Position numbers and translations under genes: made by a program
Origin: Candidatus Hinthialibacter antarcticus
GTDB taxonomy: Bacteria > Hinthialibacterota > Hinthialibacteria > Hinthialibacterales > Hinthialibacteraceae
Reading direction: 5' to 3'
DNA: 64,000 nt
NCBI GenBank assembly: GCA_030765645.1
Contig: JAVCCE010000054.1
Coordinates: forward strand, 3,568-67,567
Shown: piece by piece, positions 1-10,200 of the stretch
Position numbering within the stretch: the first letter of the stretch is position 1
Layout of the letters: each line of letters starts with the position of its first letter
The notes under the pieces: model-generated
Database searches by the model: none
The model's input: the letters and a program-made list of their open reading frames with translations, nothing else
Told to the model about the DNA's origin: nothing

Positions 1-1
1 C

Positions 2-718
2 GAAGTGGGCAGGGCGGGTGTTATCACTTCCCATGCGTTGGGAAGAAAGGTAATTATATTCAGCCCCTTATTGATGCCGAAAAAAGCCGTCATCGACCCC
101 GAATTGACGGTGAGTTTGCCCCCTCATCTTACCGCTGCGACTGGTATGGATGCATTCACCCACAACTTGGAATCACTCACGTCGCCTGAATTCCATCCCT
201 TATGTGATGCGATTGCGGTGGGGGGCTTGGAATTGTGTATTCGTTTTCTTGAGCGGGCCGTCTGTGATGGAAGCGACCTGGAAGCCAGAGGCAATATGAT
301 GATTGCCGCTATAATGGGGGCTGTGGCGTTTCAAAAAGACTTGGGGGCCGCGCATTCATTAGCGCACCCTCTTTCAACAGAATTTGATGTACATCATGGA
401 TTAGCCAACGCGATTTGTTTGCCTGCAACCATGCGATTCAACCGCGAAGCGGCAACCGCGCATTACGCGCGCGTCGCAAGCCTGTTTGGAAGGCCTGTTC
501 ATGCGATGACCGGGTTAGAGGCGGCGGATGCCGCAGTGGAAGAAGTAGAAGCCCTGATAAAGCGAATAGGGATTACTCAACGGTTACGGGATTTTTCGGT
601 TCCAGAAGAATCTCTTGAGATGCTATCTCATAAAGCGTTTGATGATTCGTGCCACAAGACCAATGCCCGGGCCTGTACTCAACAGGACCTATTACAACTG
701 TATAAGGAAGTTTGGTAA
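2..718 (+). CDS. Iron-containing (group III) alcohol dehydrogenase, C-terminal part; 5' end lies outside the window
   Basis: ORF-track frame 5..718. Fe-ADH family hallmarks: His-rich metal-site region (GMDAFTHNLES ... AHSLAHPLSTEFDVHHGLANAI). Ends 2 nt before the ALDH start. Confidence 0.75.
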   Translation, partial: EVGRAGVITSHALGRKVIIFSPLLMPKKAVIDPELTVSLPPHLTAATGMDAFTHNLESLTSPEFHPLCDAIAVGGLELCIRFLERAVCDGSDLEARGNMMIAAIMGAVAFQKDLGAAHSLAHPLSTEFDVHHGLANAICLPATMRFNREAATAHYARVASLFGRPVHAMTGLEAADAAVEEVEALIKRIGITQRLRDFSVPEESLEMLSHKAFDDSCHKTNARACTQQDLLQLYKEVW

Positions 719-719
719 A

Positions 720-2168
720 ATGAAAACATATCAATTACTCATAAACGGTGAGTGGGTATCAGCCAATTCGGGCAAAACATTCACAACCTATAATCCAACC
801 ATTACCGAACCCATCGCTGAAATCGCCCAAGCGGATGAATCCGATGTCCAAAAAGCCGTTCATGCAGCCCGGCAAGCGTTTGAAGAGGGTAAATGGAGCG
901 GTATGCCAGCGTCTCAGAGAGGGAAGTATTTAAGAAAACTTTCCGAACTGATTTATGAAAACCTTGAAGAAATAGCCCAGCTCGAAACCCAGGATGTCGG
1001 TAAACCCATTCGCGATTCCCGGGATGAAGTCGCAGCGGCTGCCTATTGTTTTGAGTATTACGCAGGAGCCGCCACGCGCTTTTTTGGTGAAACCATTCCC
1101 GTCAGCAAAAGAGGTCTTGATTTTACCTTACGCGAACCGTGCGGCGTTTGTGCGGTTATTGTTCCCTGGAACTTTCCATTCCCAATGGCCGCATGGAAAT
1201 GCGCGCCTGCGTTAGCGTCTGGCAATACGGTCATACTGAAACCGGCAAGTTACACTCCTTTAACTGCCTTGTATTTGGGGAAGCTGGCATTGGAAGCAGG
1301 CATCCCCAAAGGAGTGTTTAACATCATAACCGGGCCAGGAAGCACCGCCGGGGGAGCGTTGGTCGCTCACCCTGAAGTCGACAAGATTTCGTTCACGGGA
1401 GAAACTTCAACCGGAGTCGGAATCATGAAGTCGGCGGCGGATTGCATCAAACGGGTTTCGCTTGAGTTGGGCGGAAAATCTCCCAATGTTGTATTTGCAG
1501 ACGCGGATGTTGAAAAAGCGGCGCGGTCTTCAGTGTTGGCTGTATTTGGAAATTGCGGCCAGGATTGTTGCGCCCGCAGCAGAGCGTTTGTAGAACAAAG
1601 CGTTTATGACCAGTTTGTGGAAGCGTTTATAGATCAAACTCAAAAAACCAAGATCGGCAATCCGATGGATGATCAAACTGAAATCGGTCCTATGGTTTCG
1701 ATGAAGCAAAGAGAGACTGTATGCAATTATATGAAAGCCGGTTTAGATGAAGGCGCTAAACTCGCTTTTGGTGGAGCGCTTTTAGAAGATGGAGAGTATG
1801 CCAAAGGTTCATTCTTGCAGCCAGCCGTTTTCACTGGCGCTTCCAATTCCATGAAAATTGCAAGAGAAGAAATCTTCGGCCCGGTTCTTACCGTAATTCC
1901 TTTTACGGATGAGCATGAAATGGTCCGTCAGGTGAATGACTCGCCTTATGGTTTGTCAGGCTCGGTTTGGACCAATAATATAAGTAAAGCGTTGCGCACC
2001 GTAAAGAAAATCCGATCTGGAGTGCTAAGCATAAACTGCAACAGCAGCGTTCATACCGAAGCTCCATTCGGCGGTTATAAACAAAGCGGTACTGGAAGAG
2101 ACTTGGGAATGTATGGGCTGCAAAACTTTACCGAAGTGAAGAATGTATTCATCGATATTGGAGAGTAA
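720..2168 (+). CDS. NAD(P)-dependent aldehyde dehydrogenase (ALDH superfamily)
   Basis: ATG at 720 (MKTYQLLINGEW) with AAGGA upstream. ELGGKSP motif; catalytic Cys region FGNCGQDCCA; N-terminal INGEW typical of ALDHs. The ORF-track upstream extension from 615 is probably non-coding. Confidence 0.85.
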   Translation: MKTYQLLINGEWVSANSGKTFTTYNPTITEPIAEIAQADESDVQKAVHAARQAFEEGKWSGMPASQRGKYLRKLSELIYENLEEIAQLETQDVGKPIRDSRDEVAAAAYCFEYYAGAATRFFGETIPVSKRGLDFTLREPCGVCAVIVPWNFPFPMAAWKCAPALASGNTVILKPASYTPLTALYLGKLALEAGIPKGVFNIITGPGSTAGGALVAHPEVDKISFTGETSTGVGIMKSAADCIKRVSLELGGKSPNVVFADADVEKAARSSVLAVFGNCGQDCCARSRAFVEQSVYDQFVEAFIDQTQKTKIGNPMDDQTEIGPMVSMKQRETVCNYMKAGLDEGAKLAFGGALLEDGEYAKGSFLQPAVFTGASNSMKIAREEIFGPVLTVIPFTDEHEMVRQVNDSPYGLSGSVWTNNISKALRTVKKIRSGVLSINCNSSVHTEAPFGGYKQSGTGRDLGMYGLQNFTEVKNVFIDIGE

Positions 2169-2170
2169 GT

Positions 2171-3535
2171 ATGACAAAGTCGTCAAGTCTGAAAGAGATC
2201 AAATCAATCATTCAAAAAAATGATATTGATACGGTTAATGTTGTGATGCCCGACCATTACGGACGCTTGATCGGCAAACGCGTAACCGCCCGTTATTTTA
2301 TAGATCACCTCTTTCATGCGGGGATGCATGCTTGCGAATATCTCTTAACTGTGGATATGGATATGGTCCCATTAAACGGGTTTGACATGACCTCGTGGGA
2401 TGCCGGCTATGGAGATTTTCACGGGGTTGTTGATGAGAATACATTCCGGCTGATCCCTTGGTTGGATGGAACCGCTTTGGTCATGGTGGATTTGGAATGG
2501 GAGAATGGGAGCGAAGTGAAAGAATCGCCCCGCAATATTTTGAGAAATCAAATCAAACGGGCGAACCAAGAAGGAATGTATCCTCTTAGCGCTTCTGAAT
2601 TGGAGTTCTATTTATTCAACGAAACGGTTGGTGAATTGGCGAAGCGGGGTTTCCAAAATCCCACCCCCACTTCAGATTATATTATGGACTATCACATGCT
2701 TGCGACGACCCGCGATGAAGATGTGATTCGCAGTATTCGCAATTTGATGACGGAAGCGGGAATTCCAATTGAATTCAGCAAGGGGGAATGGGGACTTGGA
2801 CAACACGAAATCAACTTGGAATATTCGGATTCGTTAGAAATGGCGGACCGTCATGTGATTTACAAACAAGGCGTCAAAGAAATCGCATGGCAAAAAGGAT
2901 ATTCCGCCTGTTTTATGGCAAAATATGATACGGTGCAAGCCGGGTCCAGTTGCCATATTCATACCAGCATTATGGACAAAGATAAAAAGAAAAACTTGCT
3001 GTGGGACAGCAAAAAGAAAAAAGAATCCAAACTGTTCCGCCAGTTTTTGGGCGGATTGCTGAAATATTCACGCGAACTGTTTTTACTGTATTCATTTACG
3101 GTCAATTCCTATAAACGATATCAAGCCGGGTCATTCGCGCCGACGCGCATTGCTTGTAGTCACGACAACCGCACGACAGGTTTTCGAGTCATCGGGCATG
3201 ATGCTTCATTTCGTATCGAAAACCGTATGCCTGGCGCTGACGCCAATCCGTATTTGGCATTTGCTGCCATTCTGGCTGCCGGACTCGCGGGTATTGATGA
3301 AAAATTAGATTGTGGAGATATGTTTTCTGGTGATGCGTATAAAAGCGAAAAATTACCAAGCGTTCCCGGCACTTTATCAGAAGCAGTCGAATTGTTTGAA
3401 AACAGTGAAATGGCAAAAAAGGCATTTGGTGAAAACATAGTGAAACATTATGCCTTACATGCGAGATATGAATTGAAATCGTGGAACTCCGCCGTGACGG
3501 ATTGGGAGCGGGTTCGCTATTTTGACCGCATATAA
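2171..3535 (+). CDS. Glutamine synthetase-like gamma-glutamyl-amine ligase (GlnA/PuuA-like, GS catalytic domain)
   Basis: GGAGAG RBS 8 nt upstream of ATG 2171. GS catalytic-domain signatures (EFSKGEWGLGQHEINL, NSYKRY, NRTTGFRV, ENRMPGADANPYLA). Tightly follows the ALDH gene. Confidence 0.75.
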   Translation: MTKSSSLKEIKSIIQKNDIDTVNVVMPDHYGRLIGKRVTARYFIDHLFHAGMHACEYLLTVDMDMVPLNGFDMTSWDAGYGDFHGVVDENTFRLIPWLDGTALVMVDLEWENGSEVKESPRNILRNQIKRANQEGMYPLSASELEFYLFNETVGELAKRGFQNPTPTSDYIMDYHMLATTRDEDVIRSIRNLMTEAGIPIEFSKGEWGLGQHEINLEYSDSLEMADRHVIYKQGVKEIAWQKGYSACFMAKYDTVQAGSSCHIHTSIMDKDKKKNLLWDSKKKKESKLFRQFLGGLLKYSRELFLLYSFTVNSYKRYQAGSFAPTRIACSHDNRTTGFRVIGHDASFRIENRMPGADANPYLAFAAILAAGLAGIDEKLDCGDMFSGDAYKSEKLPSVPGTLSEAVELFENSEMAKKAFGENIVKHYALHARYELKSWNSAVTDWERVRYFDRI

Positions 3536-3581
3536 CTTCTGTGAGTTTTAGCGGATATGCAAATGATATATAAAAAATAGA

Positions 3582-3603
3582 AGAGGCGGCTTAAGCCGCC
3601 TCT
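3582..3603. terminator. Bidirectional rho-independent terminator hairpin between convergent genes
   Basis: Perfect 9-bp stem agaggcggc/gccgcctct with ttaa loop. Preceded by an A-run (aaaaaata) and followed by tctgttgtg. Confidence 0.6.
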
Positions 3604-3654
3604 CTGTTGTGAGATAAGCATAGAACACGCAACCGTGTCTCATTCATTGAATGA

Positions 3655-6600
3655 TCAAAATGAATTGATCCGAATCTCAATTTGATTGACCCCCGGATAT
3701 AACCTTACATTTCCAAAAGAAAGATTTACCGTTTCTCCATTCAGGGTTATCACGTCTTCGGGCGACGTGGATAAAGCAAACTCCGCCGCCATATTAGCCG
3801 GGAGTTCAATCCTGTATTTTTGCAAGCGGTTATTCACTCGCTGATATTCGCCTTTGATTTGACCACGCACCGTCGGAAAGACGATTGAACTGTTGGCTAG
3901 GTCTCCCATTTGTGGATGTATGCTCGTGATTTTAAAGCCTGGCGTCTTGGGTTGAATTCCCCAAAGGAAGCGGGGAATGATATTTCCCGGAACGGCGCCC
4001 CAAGCATGGTTCCAATCCGAGTTGGGTTTATATTTCATGTCCCATGCTTCCATGGTAATTGTCGAGCCGACTTTAATCATGTTCCACCAGCTGCGGTCGT
4101 GTTTGGCCCGCATTAAATCGAGCGCATATTTTTCTTCGCCGGCATTGTATAAACCCTCCATCAGATATTGGGCGCCATACACGCTACATGCCATCCCCCG
4201 CGATTTCACAAACGCGGCAACCGGCGCAACATATTTTTCCGGCGTAATACCAAACGCCAATGGCATCATGTTGGCGTGTAATGAAGCGTGTGTTGAACCT
4301 TCGCCATCGACATAGACGCCGCGCGTTGCGTCAAATAATTTTGTATTAATGGCTTGTTTTACTTTCGCCGCCATTGCGTTAAAATGGTCGGCCTCTTCTG
4401 GCTTGTCCAACACGGCGGCGAATTCCGCCATGATGACCATGTTCTGATAAAAGAAACAATTGACCACGGTGTTGATGGGGACCCTATCATAGCCGTCGCG
4501 TTCTCCTGGAGGCCAATCGACAAGATCTTCAAGCGGTCTTGATCCCTCAGGAAAGCCCAGTTTTTTCATATAGGCGTCGGTTACTTTCTCTAATTCTGAA
4601 CTGATCAAACCATCTTCTCTGGCCAGGTCCATCAGTGATTTTTCTTTCAGGCGTTCATAATAGGCGGTCAGCAATTCCGTATCGCCCGTGTAGTAATAAT
4701 CTTGATAGACCAGCATGGCGGTGTGAAGCAGCCACTCGGTGGGCCATGTCGAATGGTCCATAAAATACTCGATGGTCTGCTTGCTGATTGCGTATTCACG
4801 GTCGACGCAATAGTGGCTGAGCAGGTTAATATATGCGTCTCCCTCATAGGGAATCCGCTCGCGATCTCCATCAACGTATAGCCCGGCGAATGACGTCGCC
4901 TTCATGCTGTACTTACAGAGTTCCCAGATTTGGTCCAAGGTGGAATCAGAGCTGGTAAACGAACTCTCATCGTTTTTGAAATAATGGAATAGCGCTTTTT
5001 GCCGGACATCGTCAACCGACAAACCCTGCTTAGCATTTTCAATCTCGCAATAGCGGAAGGGCGTCACCACGCCAAGCGACTCAGGAAGCGCAACGGCGAT
5101 CTGGTTGGTGTTTCGCTTGTCCGGGGGGAGTTGCAACACATAGTGATTTTGTTCAGGGGCAACCTGTAATTCAACTTCTTGATAACGAATGGTCCCGCCT
5201 GGCTTCTGATCTATTTTTCCGTCTTTGAGTTTTTCGCCCAATCGAATGATGAGCGTCTCTGGCTTGTTGGCTTTGTAGTTTAATTCCAACGTCCCGAAAG
5301 CGTCTTTTCCAAAATCAACAAAATAGCCGCCATCGGATGTTTTTTTGAATTCTGTTGGCGGGATATGTTCAATCTGAAAACGATTTTTTGTTGAAACCGT
5401 TTTGCCAAATGTTCCGGTTTTGAATGTTTGCACTTCTGAATAATCGGTTAGCCGATTGTCTTTATCCCAGATACGCACCTTCCAATAATAGGTCGTCTCC
5501 GGCTGTAACGGACCGCCCGCATGTTCAACATTGATGGATTGGCTGCTACGCGCTTGGGCGCTGTTCCAAACATCGCCGATGTTGTGATTGCTTTTTTCAA
5601 GGCTGGATGAGACCAGTATTTGATAGGCTTTCTGCAACACCGCCTGTTTGGGAACAATCCAACTATATTCTGGTAAAGAGTCGGCGATTGCCGCTTGGTC
5701 TGGCTCACGGATAAATTCTACTGTCATGCCTTCTGGAACACCAGCGTCAGCCCCTTTGTGCTGTTCAATCAACTCTTCGCATTGATTTCTCAAAGCGACA
5801 AGCGTGTCATGATATTGGCTATCTCGCGCCAGGTTTTTTGTTTCTTGTGGATCATCAACCAGGTTGTAGAGCGCTTCAATCGACTTGTCATTCACATAGC
5901 GAAAATATTTCCATTGCGCCGTGCGTACGCCTTCGCTGGGTGGAATATTCTCAAATTCCCACAGGTGTTCGACGAGAACCGCGTCGCGTTGCAACGAACT
6001 TTTTTGTCCGGCAACGATTGGAACAAGGCTTTTACCTTGGTAACTCTCGGGGCTTTTGGCCCCGGCATACTCAAGAATGGTCGATGGAATATCGACATTC
6101 AACGCCATCGCTTCGATGTCCTGGTGTTTGTCAACGCGCGGGTCAAAGATGATGAGCGGCACACGGATCGAATTGTCATACATCAACCATTTGCCAGCCA
6201 TTTGGCGTTCGCCAAGAAAATAGCCATTGTCTCCCATGACAATAATTACGGTATTATCATCGACACCTTTTTCTTCGAGTTTCTTTCTGAGTTTCGCGAT
6301 TTCCAGATCAATGCCGCCGATCATACGGTAATAGCCTTTGACGCTGTGCTGGTATTTTTCGGGGGTATCATAACGCCAGCGCCAGCGCGTCCGGTTGAAC
6401 CCTTCACGCACCATAAGCGGTAATTCGTTGAAGTATTCGTCACCCGCCAGATTGGGGCCGGGCATGGTCATGTCCTGGTATAAGTGGTTCGTTTCTTTTT
6501 GCCAGAAATACTGATCGTCGGCATTATCGTGAGCGTGTGGAGCGCTGAAACTTAACGATAGGCAAAAGGGCTGGTCGGCAGGCGATTCGTCAATAAAATC

Positions 6601-7200
6601 AAGCGCCTTTTCACCAGTGTAGCGCGTCAAATGGACCACTTCGCCGTCTAGTTTTTTGTAGAAATAACCGCGCTGGTCAGGGTAGCGGCCATTTCGGTCA
6701 TACGATTCATACACGTCAAAGAGGTTTGCATCATCGTTATAATTCACGCCAAACTTGCCAAAGAAACCCGTGTGGTAACCCGAATCTCTCAGCAATTTCG
6801 GATAAGAGGTCTGCATGTACTCATCTTGGATCGGCCCTGTTTGAAAGGTGTAACGATGACACCGTTCATATAAGCCCGTAAAAAGGCTGGCGCGGCTGGC
6901 GCAGCAAATAGGCGTTGTGACTATCGTGTGTTTGAAAAAAGTACCCTGCCGGGCGAGTTTGTCCATTTCGGGGGTCTGGATAATCGCATTGCCCGCATAA
7001 CCAAGAGCGTCCCAGCGCTGGTCATCAGTAAGAATAAAGATAATGTTGGGTTTCTTCGCAGACGCCGCCGCAAGAGAAGTGGAGCATGTGATGGTGATGA
7101 TAAAAATAACAGCAAAGATATATTGCAAGAAGACAGACTTCGGGTCTGCATTATTCATACGTAGCTCTTGTCGGCGTGTAATCATCTGATTTCCCATCAT
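3655..7200 (-). CDS. Fusion protein: N-terminal formylglycine-type sulfatase domain + C-terminal GH78 alpha-L-rhamnosidase-like module
   Basis: Sulfatase signature IIFILTDDQRWD ... PICCASRASLFTG (C-x-A-S-R). C-terminal part has the GH78 FN3-like N-domain motif TTYYWKVRIWDKDNRLTDYSEVQTFKTG and a six-hairpin domain (YEGDAYI..., YQNMVIMAEFAAVLDKPEEADHF). Signal peptide after the alternative start MNNADPKS at 7158. Confidence 0.7.
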   Translation of the reverse strand: MMGNQMITRRQELRMNNADPKSVFLQYIFAVIFIITITCSTSLAAASAKKPNIIFILTDDQRWDALGYAGNAIIQTPEMDKLARQGTFFKHTIVTTPICCASRASLFTGLYERCHRYTFQTGPIQDEYMQTSYPKLLRDSGYHTGFFGKFGVNYNDDANLFDVYESYDRNGRYPDQRGYFYKKLDGEVVHLTRYTGEKALDFIDESPADQPFCLSLSFSAPHAHDNADDQYFWQKETNHLYQDMTMPGPNLAGDEYFNELPLMVREGFNRTRWRWRYDTPEKYQHSVKGYYRMIGGIDLEIAKLRKKLEEKGVDDNTVIIVMGDNGYFLGERQMAGKWLMYDNSIRVPLIIFDPRVDKHQDIEAMALNVDIPSTILEYAGAKSPESYQGKSLVPIVAGQKSSLQRDAVLVEHLWEFENIPPSEGVRTAQWKYFRYVNDKSIEALYNLVDDPQETKNLARDSQYHDTLVALRNQCEELIEQHKGADAGVPEGMTVEFIREPDQAAIADSLPEYSWIVPKQAVLQKAYQILVSSSLEKSNHNIGDVWNSAQARSSQSINVEHAGGPLQPETTYYWKVRIWDKDNRLTDYSEVQTFKTGTFGKTVSTKNRFQIEHIPPTEFKKTSDGGYFVDFGKDAFGTLELNYKANKPETLIIRLGEKLKDGKIDQKPGGTIRYQEVELQVAPEQNHYVLQLPPDKRNTNQIAVALPESLGVVTPFRYCEIENAKQGLSVDDVRQKALFHYFKNDESSFTSSDSTLDQIWELCKYSMKATSFAGLYVDGDRERIPYEGDAYINLLSHYCVDREYAISKQTIEYFMDHSTWPTEWLLHTAMLVYQDYYYTGDTELLTAYYERLKEKSLMDLAREDGLISSELEKVTDAYMKKLGFPEGSRPLEDLVDWPPGERDGYDRVPINTVVNCFFYQNMVIMAEFAAVLDKPEEADHFNAMAAKVKQAINTKLFDATRGVYVDGEGSTHASLHANMMPLAFGITPEKYVAPVAAFVKSRGMACSVYGAQYLMEGLYNAGEEKYALDLMRAKHDRSWWNMIKVGSTITMEAWDMKYKPNSDWNHAWGAVPGNIIPRFLWGIQPKTPGFKITSIHPQMGDLANSSIVFPTVRGQIKGEYQRVNNRLQKYRIELPANMAAEFALSTSPEDVITLNGETVNLSFGNVRLYPGVNQIEIRINSF

Positions 7201-7292
7201 ACATAAGAATTAAACTGGCCCAATCGCGATGCTGGGGCGATCAAGAAGGCGCACCGCTTTTATGAAACGCGATGCGCCTATTGATTGCATAC

Positions 7293-10200
7293 TTATTTTT
7301 TCTTGGCTGCGGCTAATTTCGCTTTCGCATCATTAAGCAAACCCGAATCCATTGAGGCTTCGATGTATAACTCATGGATCGACCAATAGAGGCCGTCAAC
7401 TTTTCCGGTCTGTATGATTTTGATAAAACGTGCAGTGCGGTTTGGAATGTCTAACGCAACAACCGGCGTTTCACCTTTTCCTTCAACAACAGGGCCAGAC
7501 CACGAAATGCCATCGCTGGATAACAACACTTGATAACCGCGCGGGTAGTCGCCGCCTGAATTTTTAGAATCTAAGACGATTTTTTGGATACTGCGCTGCG
7601 AGCCAATATCAACCTGGAGCCACATGCCCGGCACTTGCGTTGCAGCGGTGTCCCAGCGCGATCCTTCGTTTCCATCAATGGCATTTTTTACGGCGCCATT
7701 GTTGTGTGAGGCGGACAGCTTCCAATCCGACCGATCAAGTTCCGACGCGCTTAGTTTGTTGATTAACGCTTCACAGGCTGAAATCGCCTCGGCTTTCACT
7801 TCTTTATCTGACAAATAAGACTCTATCTGCGTTAACGAATTCATATCGACCGTCTTCGCAAGCGCGCCGATCATCATCTTCTTCTCATTGGCGGTTTTGG
7901 CTTTCGCCTTCGCCTTGCCAAACCAGGGGCTATCCGGCGGCGTTAATCCGAGCGAATGAATAACCGCTTTGAAAGCAAGCCCTCGCTGTTCTTCCTCTTT
8001 GAACTGCGACATGCGGGAGAGTAATAATTCGATAGGCGTATTGTCTTTCCAACTCCCAAGCGCATACAACGCGGCGTTTTGGACAGAGCGGTTTTTGTCT
8101 TGAAGCGAATTCGAGACCAGATTGAACGCCTCCGGCCCGCTATATTCAGTCAAGAGGCGAATGTATGACTGCTTGACTTTTGGCGAGGAGTCGGCGAACA
8201 GTGATGCAATTTTATCGGTCGCCGCGCTCTTGTCAGCCAATTGTGACGATAACGATTTCGCGACTTCTTCTAAGCCTCGGATATCTCCTTCGTCATCTTT
8301 GCCCTGAATTAATTGAAGTACGGTCGGAACATCATTCGCGCCGCCGAGCGTCATCAATGCGTTATAAGCGGCTTGGCGGATACCGGGGCTTTTGTCGCCA
8401 GTCAATTTCACGATTGATGAAAAAGCATCCCGCGCATTGCGGTCGGCCAGCGCGTTAATTGCCGACAAGCGCTTTGCTTCATTGGAGTCGCCAAGAAACG
8501 CAATCAGCGCACCGTTGACGCGGTCGCCTTTGAGTCGCGCCAGACTGTTTTGCGCTGCTTGCCCCAGTTGTCCGCCCTTGAGCGCGAACGTAATCAAAGG
8601 CGCCGCAACACGCGCATTGCCAATCGCCCCCAACGTTTGAACCGCTGCAATTTGGACGGACGCGTTCGAACTCTTCGCCGCATCCAAGACCTCAGCAATT
8701 ACATTCCCGTGGCCGCGCCTTGCGAGCGCATTCAACACCACCACTTGTGATTCTTCGGGCAATTGCTTCAACTCTTGCGCCAATGACTTCGACGCATCCT
8801 CGCCGGGAAGCATCTTTAAAAATGGGCCGCAAGCCGCTTGTTGCAGTTTGGGCTCATTCTCTTTCAGCAATGAAATAACAAGAGGCAGCGATGAATCAGA
8901 ATCAATATTGATCAAGCCGCCGTAGGCCGCAACGCGAACCTGTGCGGGGTATTCTGGAGACGATAGTTGCGTGTAAACATTTTTCGATAATGCGGCTGAT
9001 TTGGTTTGCGCGAGCGAGTCGGCGCATAAAAGCAACGCATCGAGTTTATAGGGTTCGAGATCATCGCTTGCGACGAAGTCGCTCAGTATTTTCAACGCGG
9101 CCTTGCCGCCAATTCGACCGAGCGCCCGGGTGGTCACTTGTTGCAAGTACGGATCATCGCTTTTCAGAAATTTCGCCAGTGATTTCGCCGCTTTTGGATT
9201 GCGGCGTTCTGCGATGGAGCCAATCACGCCAATGAGTTTGTCGCCAGTCAGCGAGTTTAAAGATTTTTTGAATAACGCATCGACTTTTGGAGATTGGATG
9301 CCTTGCAAAGCCAAACGCGCCGGATCATTTAACCGGTCGTCTTGCAAAAACTTCCCTAAGGTTTTAACCGACTTCACTGTGCCGATTCGGCGAAGCATTT
9401 GACAGACAAACGCGCAGCCGTCAAACGTCGCGCCTTCTGCGTTTAAAACAGAGAGCATCTGGGCTTCAATTTCGCGCAACTGTTTCGGCGTCGCGATGCG
9501 AATATTGGCCTCGACGGCTGCGAGCGTTGTTCGGCTTTGCCCATAGGTATAGTTGGCGATTTCATCAATGTTGACCGGTTCCAGCCAAAGGCTAACCCGA
9601 TCTTCCGTTGGGAAATTTTCAGGGATTTTGTTTAAAGTGACTTTGCCCGTCGCGGCCCATTCGGTCCCACGTTGAAGCGTAAACGCAAAACCAATGCAAC
9701 GCATCGCATAAACGTCGTGTCCTAATGCGGTGTGGAAAATTCGCCCTTTGCCATATTCGATGGTGAACAAAAGAGGCTCATTTTCATTGGTGAGTTTTGA
9801 TTTTCCGTAACCCAACAGGTCTTCGATATTGGCGGGGCCGCGCATTTTTGCATAGAGTTCGTCTTTGGCGTGCAACCAAACTTTAGGCAGCCCTTTTGAG
9901 ATCGGGTGTTTCAAATCATGCATAACAACGGGGTAATCGCGCCGTGGGCCATGAGCGCCGCCTCTTCCGGGCGAATGATCCAAGACGATTTTACCATCGC
10001 GGACGCGAACCATCGGGCCAGACTTTTCGTTGCGACCGCCCCAACCGCCCAACGCGATCATTTTGTTGAACTCCAGCCATTCAGGGAACGCATTATCCGC
10101 AGCATGGTACGACACAAGCCCGCCGCCGTTTTTGATGTAGTTCTCAAAATCAGTTTGTGTTTCTTTCGACCACAAGTTGCCGTTGTAATTTGATACGACC

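Noticed and set aside
615-719. ORF-track extension of the ALDH ORF upstream to 615 (MRCYLIKRLMIRATRP...)
   Set aside because: The extension overlaps the Fe-ADH gene 3' end in another frame. ATG 720 (MKTYQLLINGEW) gives the canonical ALDH N-terminus immediately after the Fe-ADH stop.
2940-3010. Lys-rich stretch (DKDKKKNLLWDSKKKKESKL) in the GS-like protein as a possible insertion or low-complexity artefact
   Set aside because: Alignment by eye against the GlnA catalytic domain shows the segment replaces the normal loop with a near-identical length (about 26 vs 27 residues). It is a compositional oddity, not an insertion or frameshift.
5695-6423. Long antisense or alternative-frame ORFs inside big genes (e.g. 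5695..6423 +, 11186..11740 +, 20293..20748 +, 24234..24997 +, 54630..55256 +, 55740..56228 -, 59322..59786 -)
   Set aside because: They are fully embedded in, and opposite to or out of frame with, strongly supported genes with clear domain content (sulfatase-GH78, Gfo/Idh/MocA, CzcA, OMF, alpha/beta hydrolase, 549-aa protein). Their Arg/Ser/Pro-rich composition is typical of shadow ORFs.
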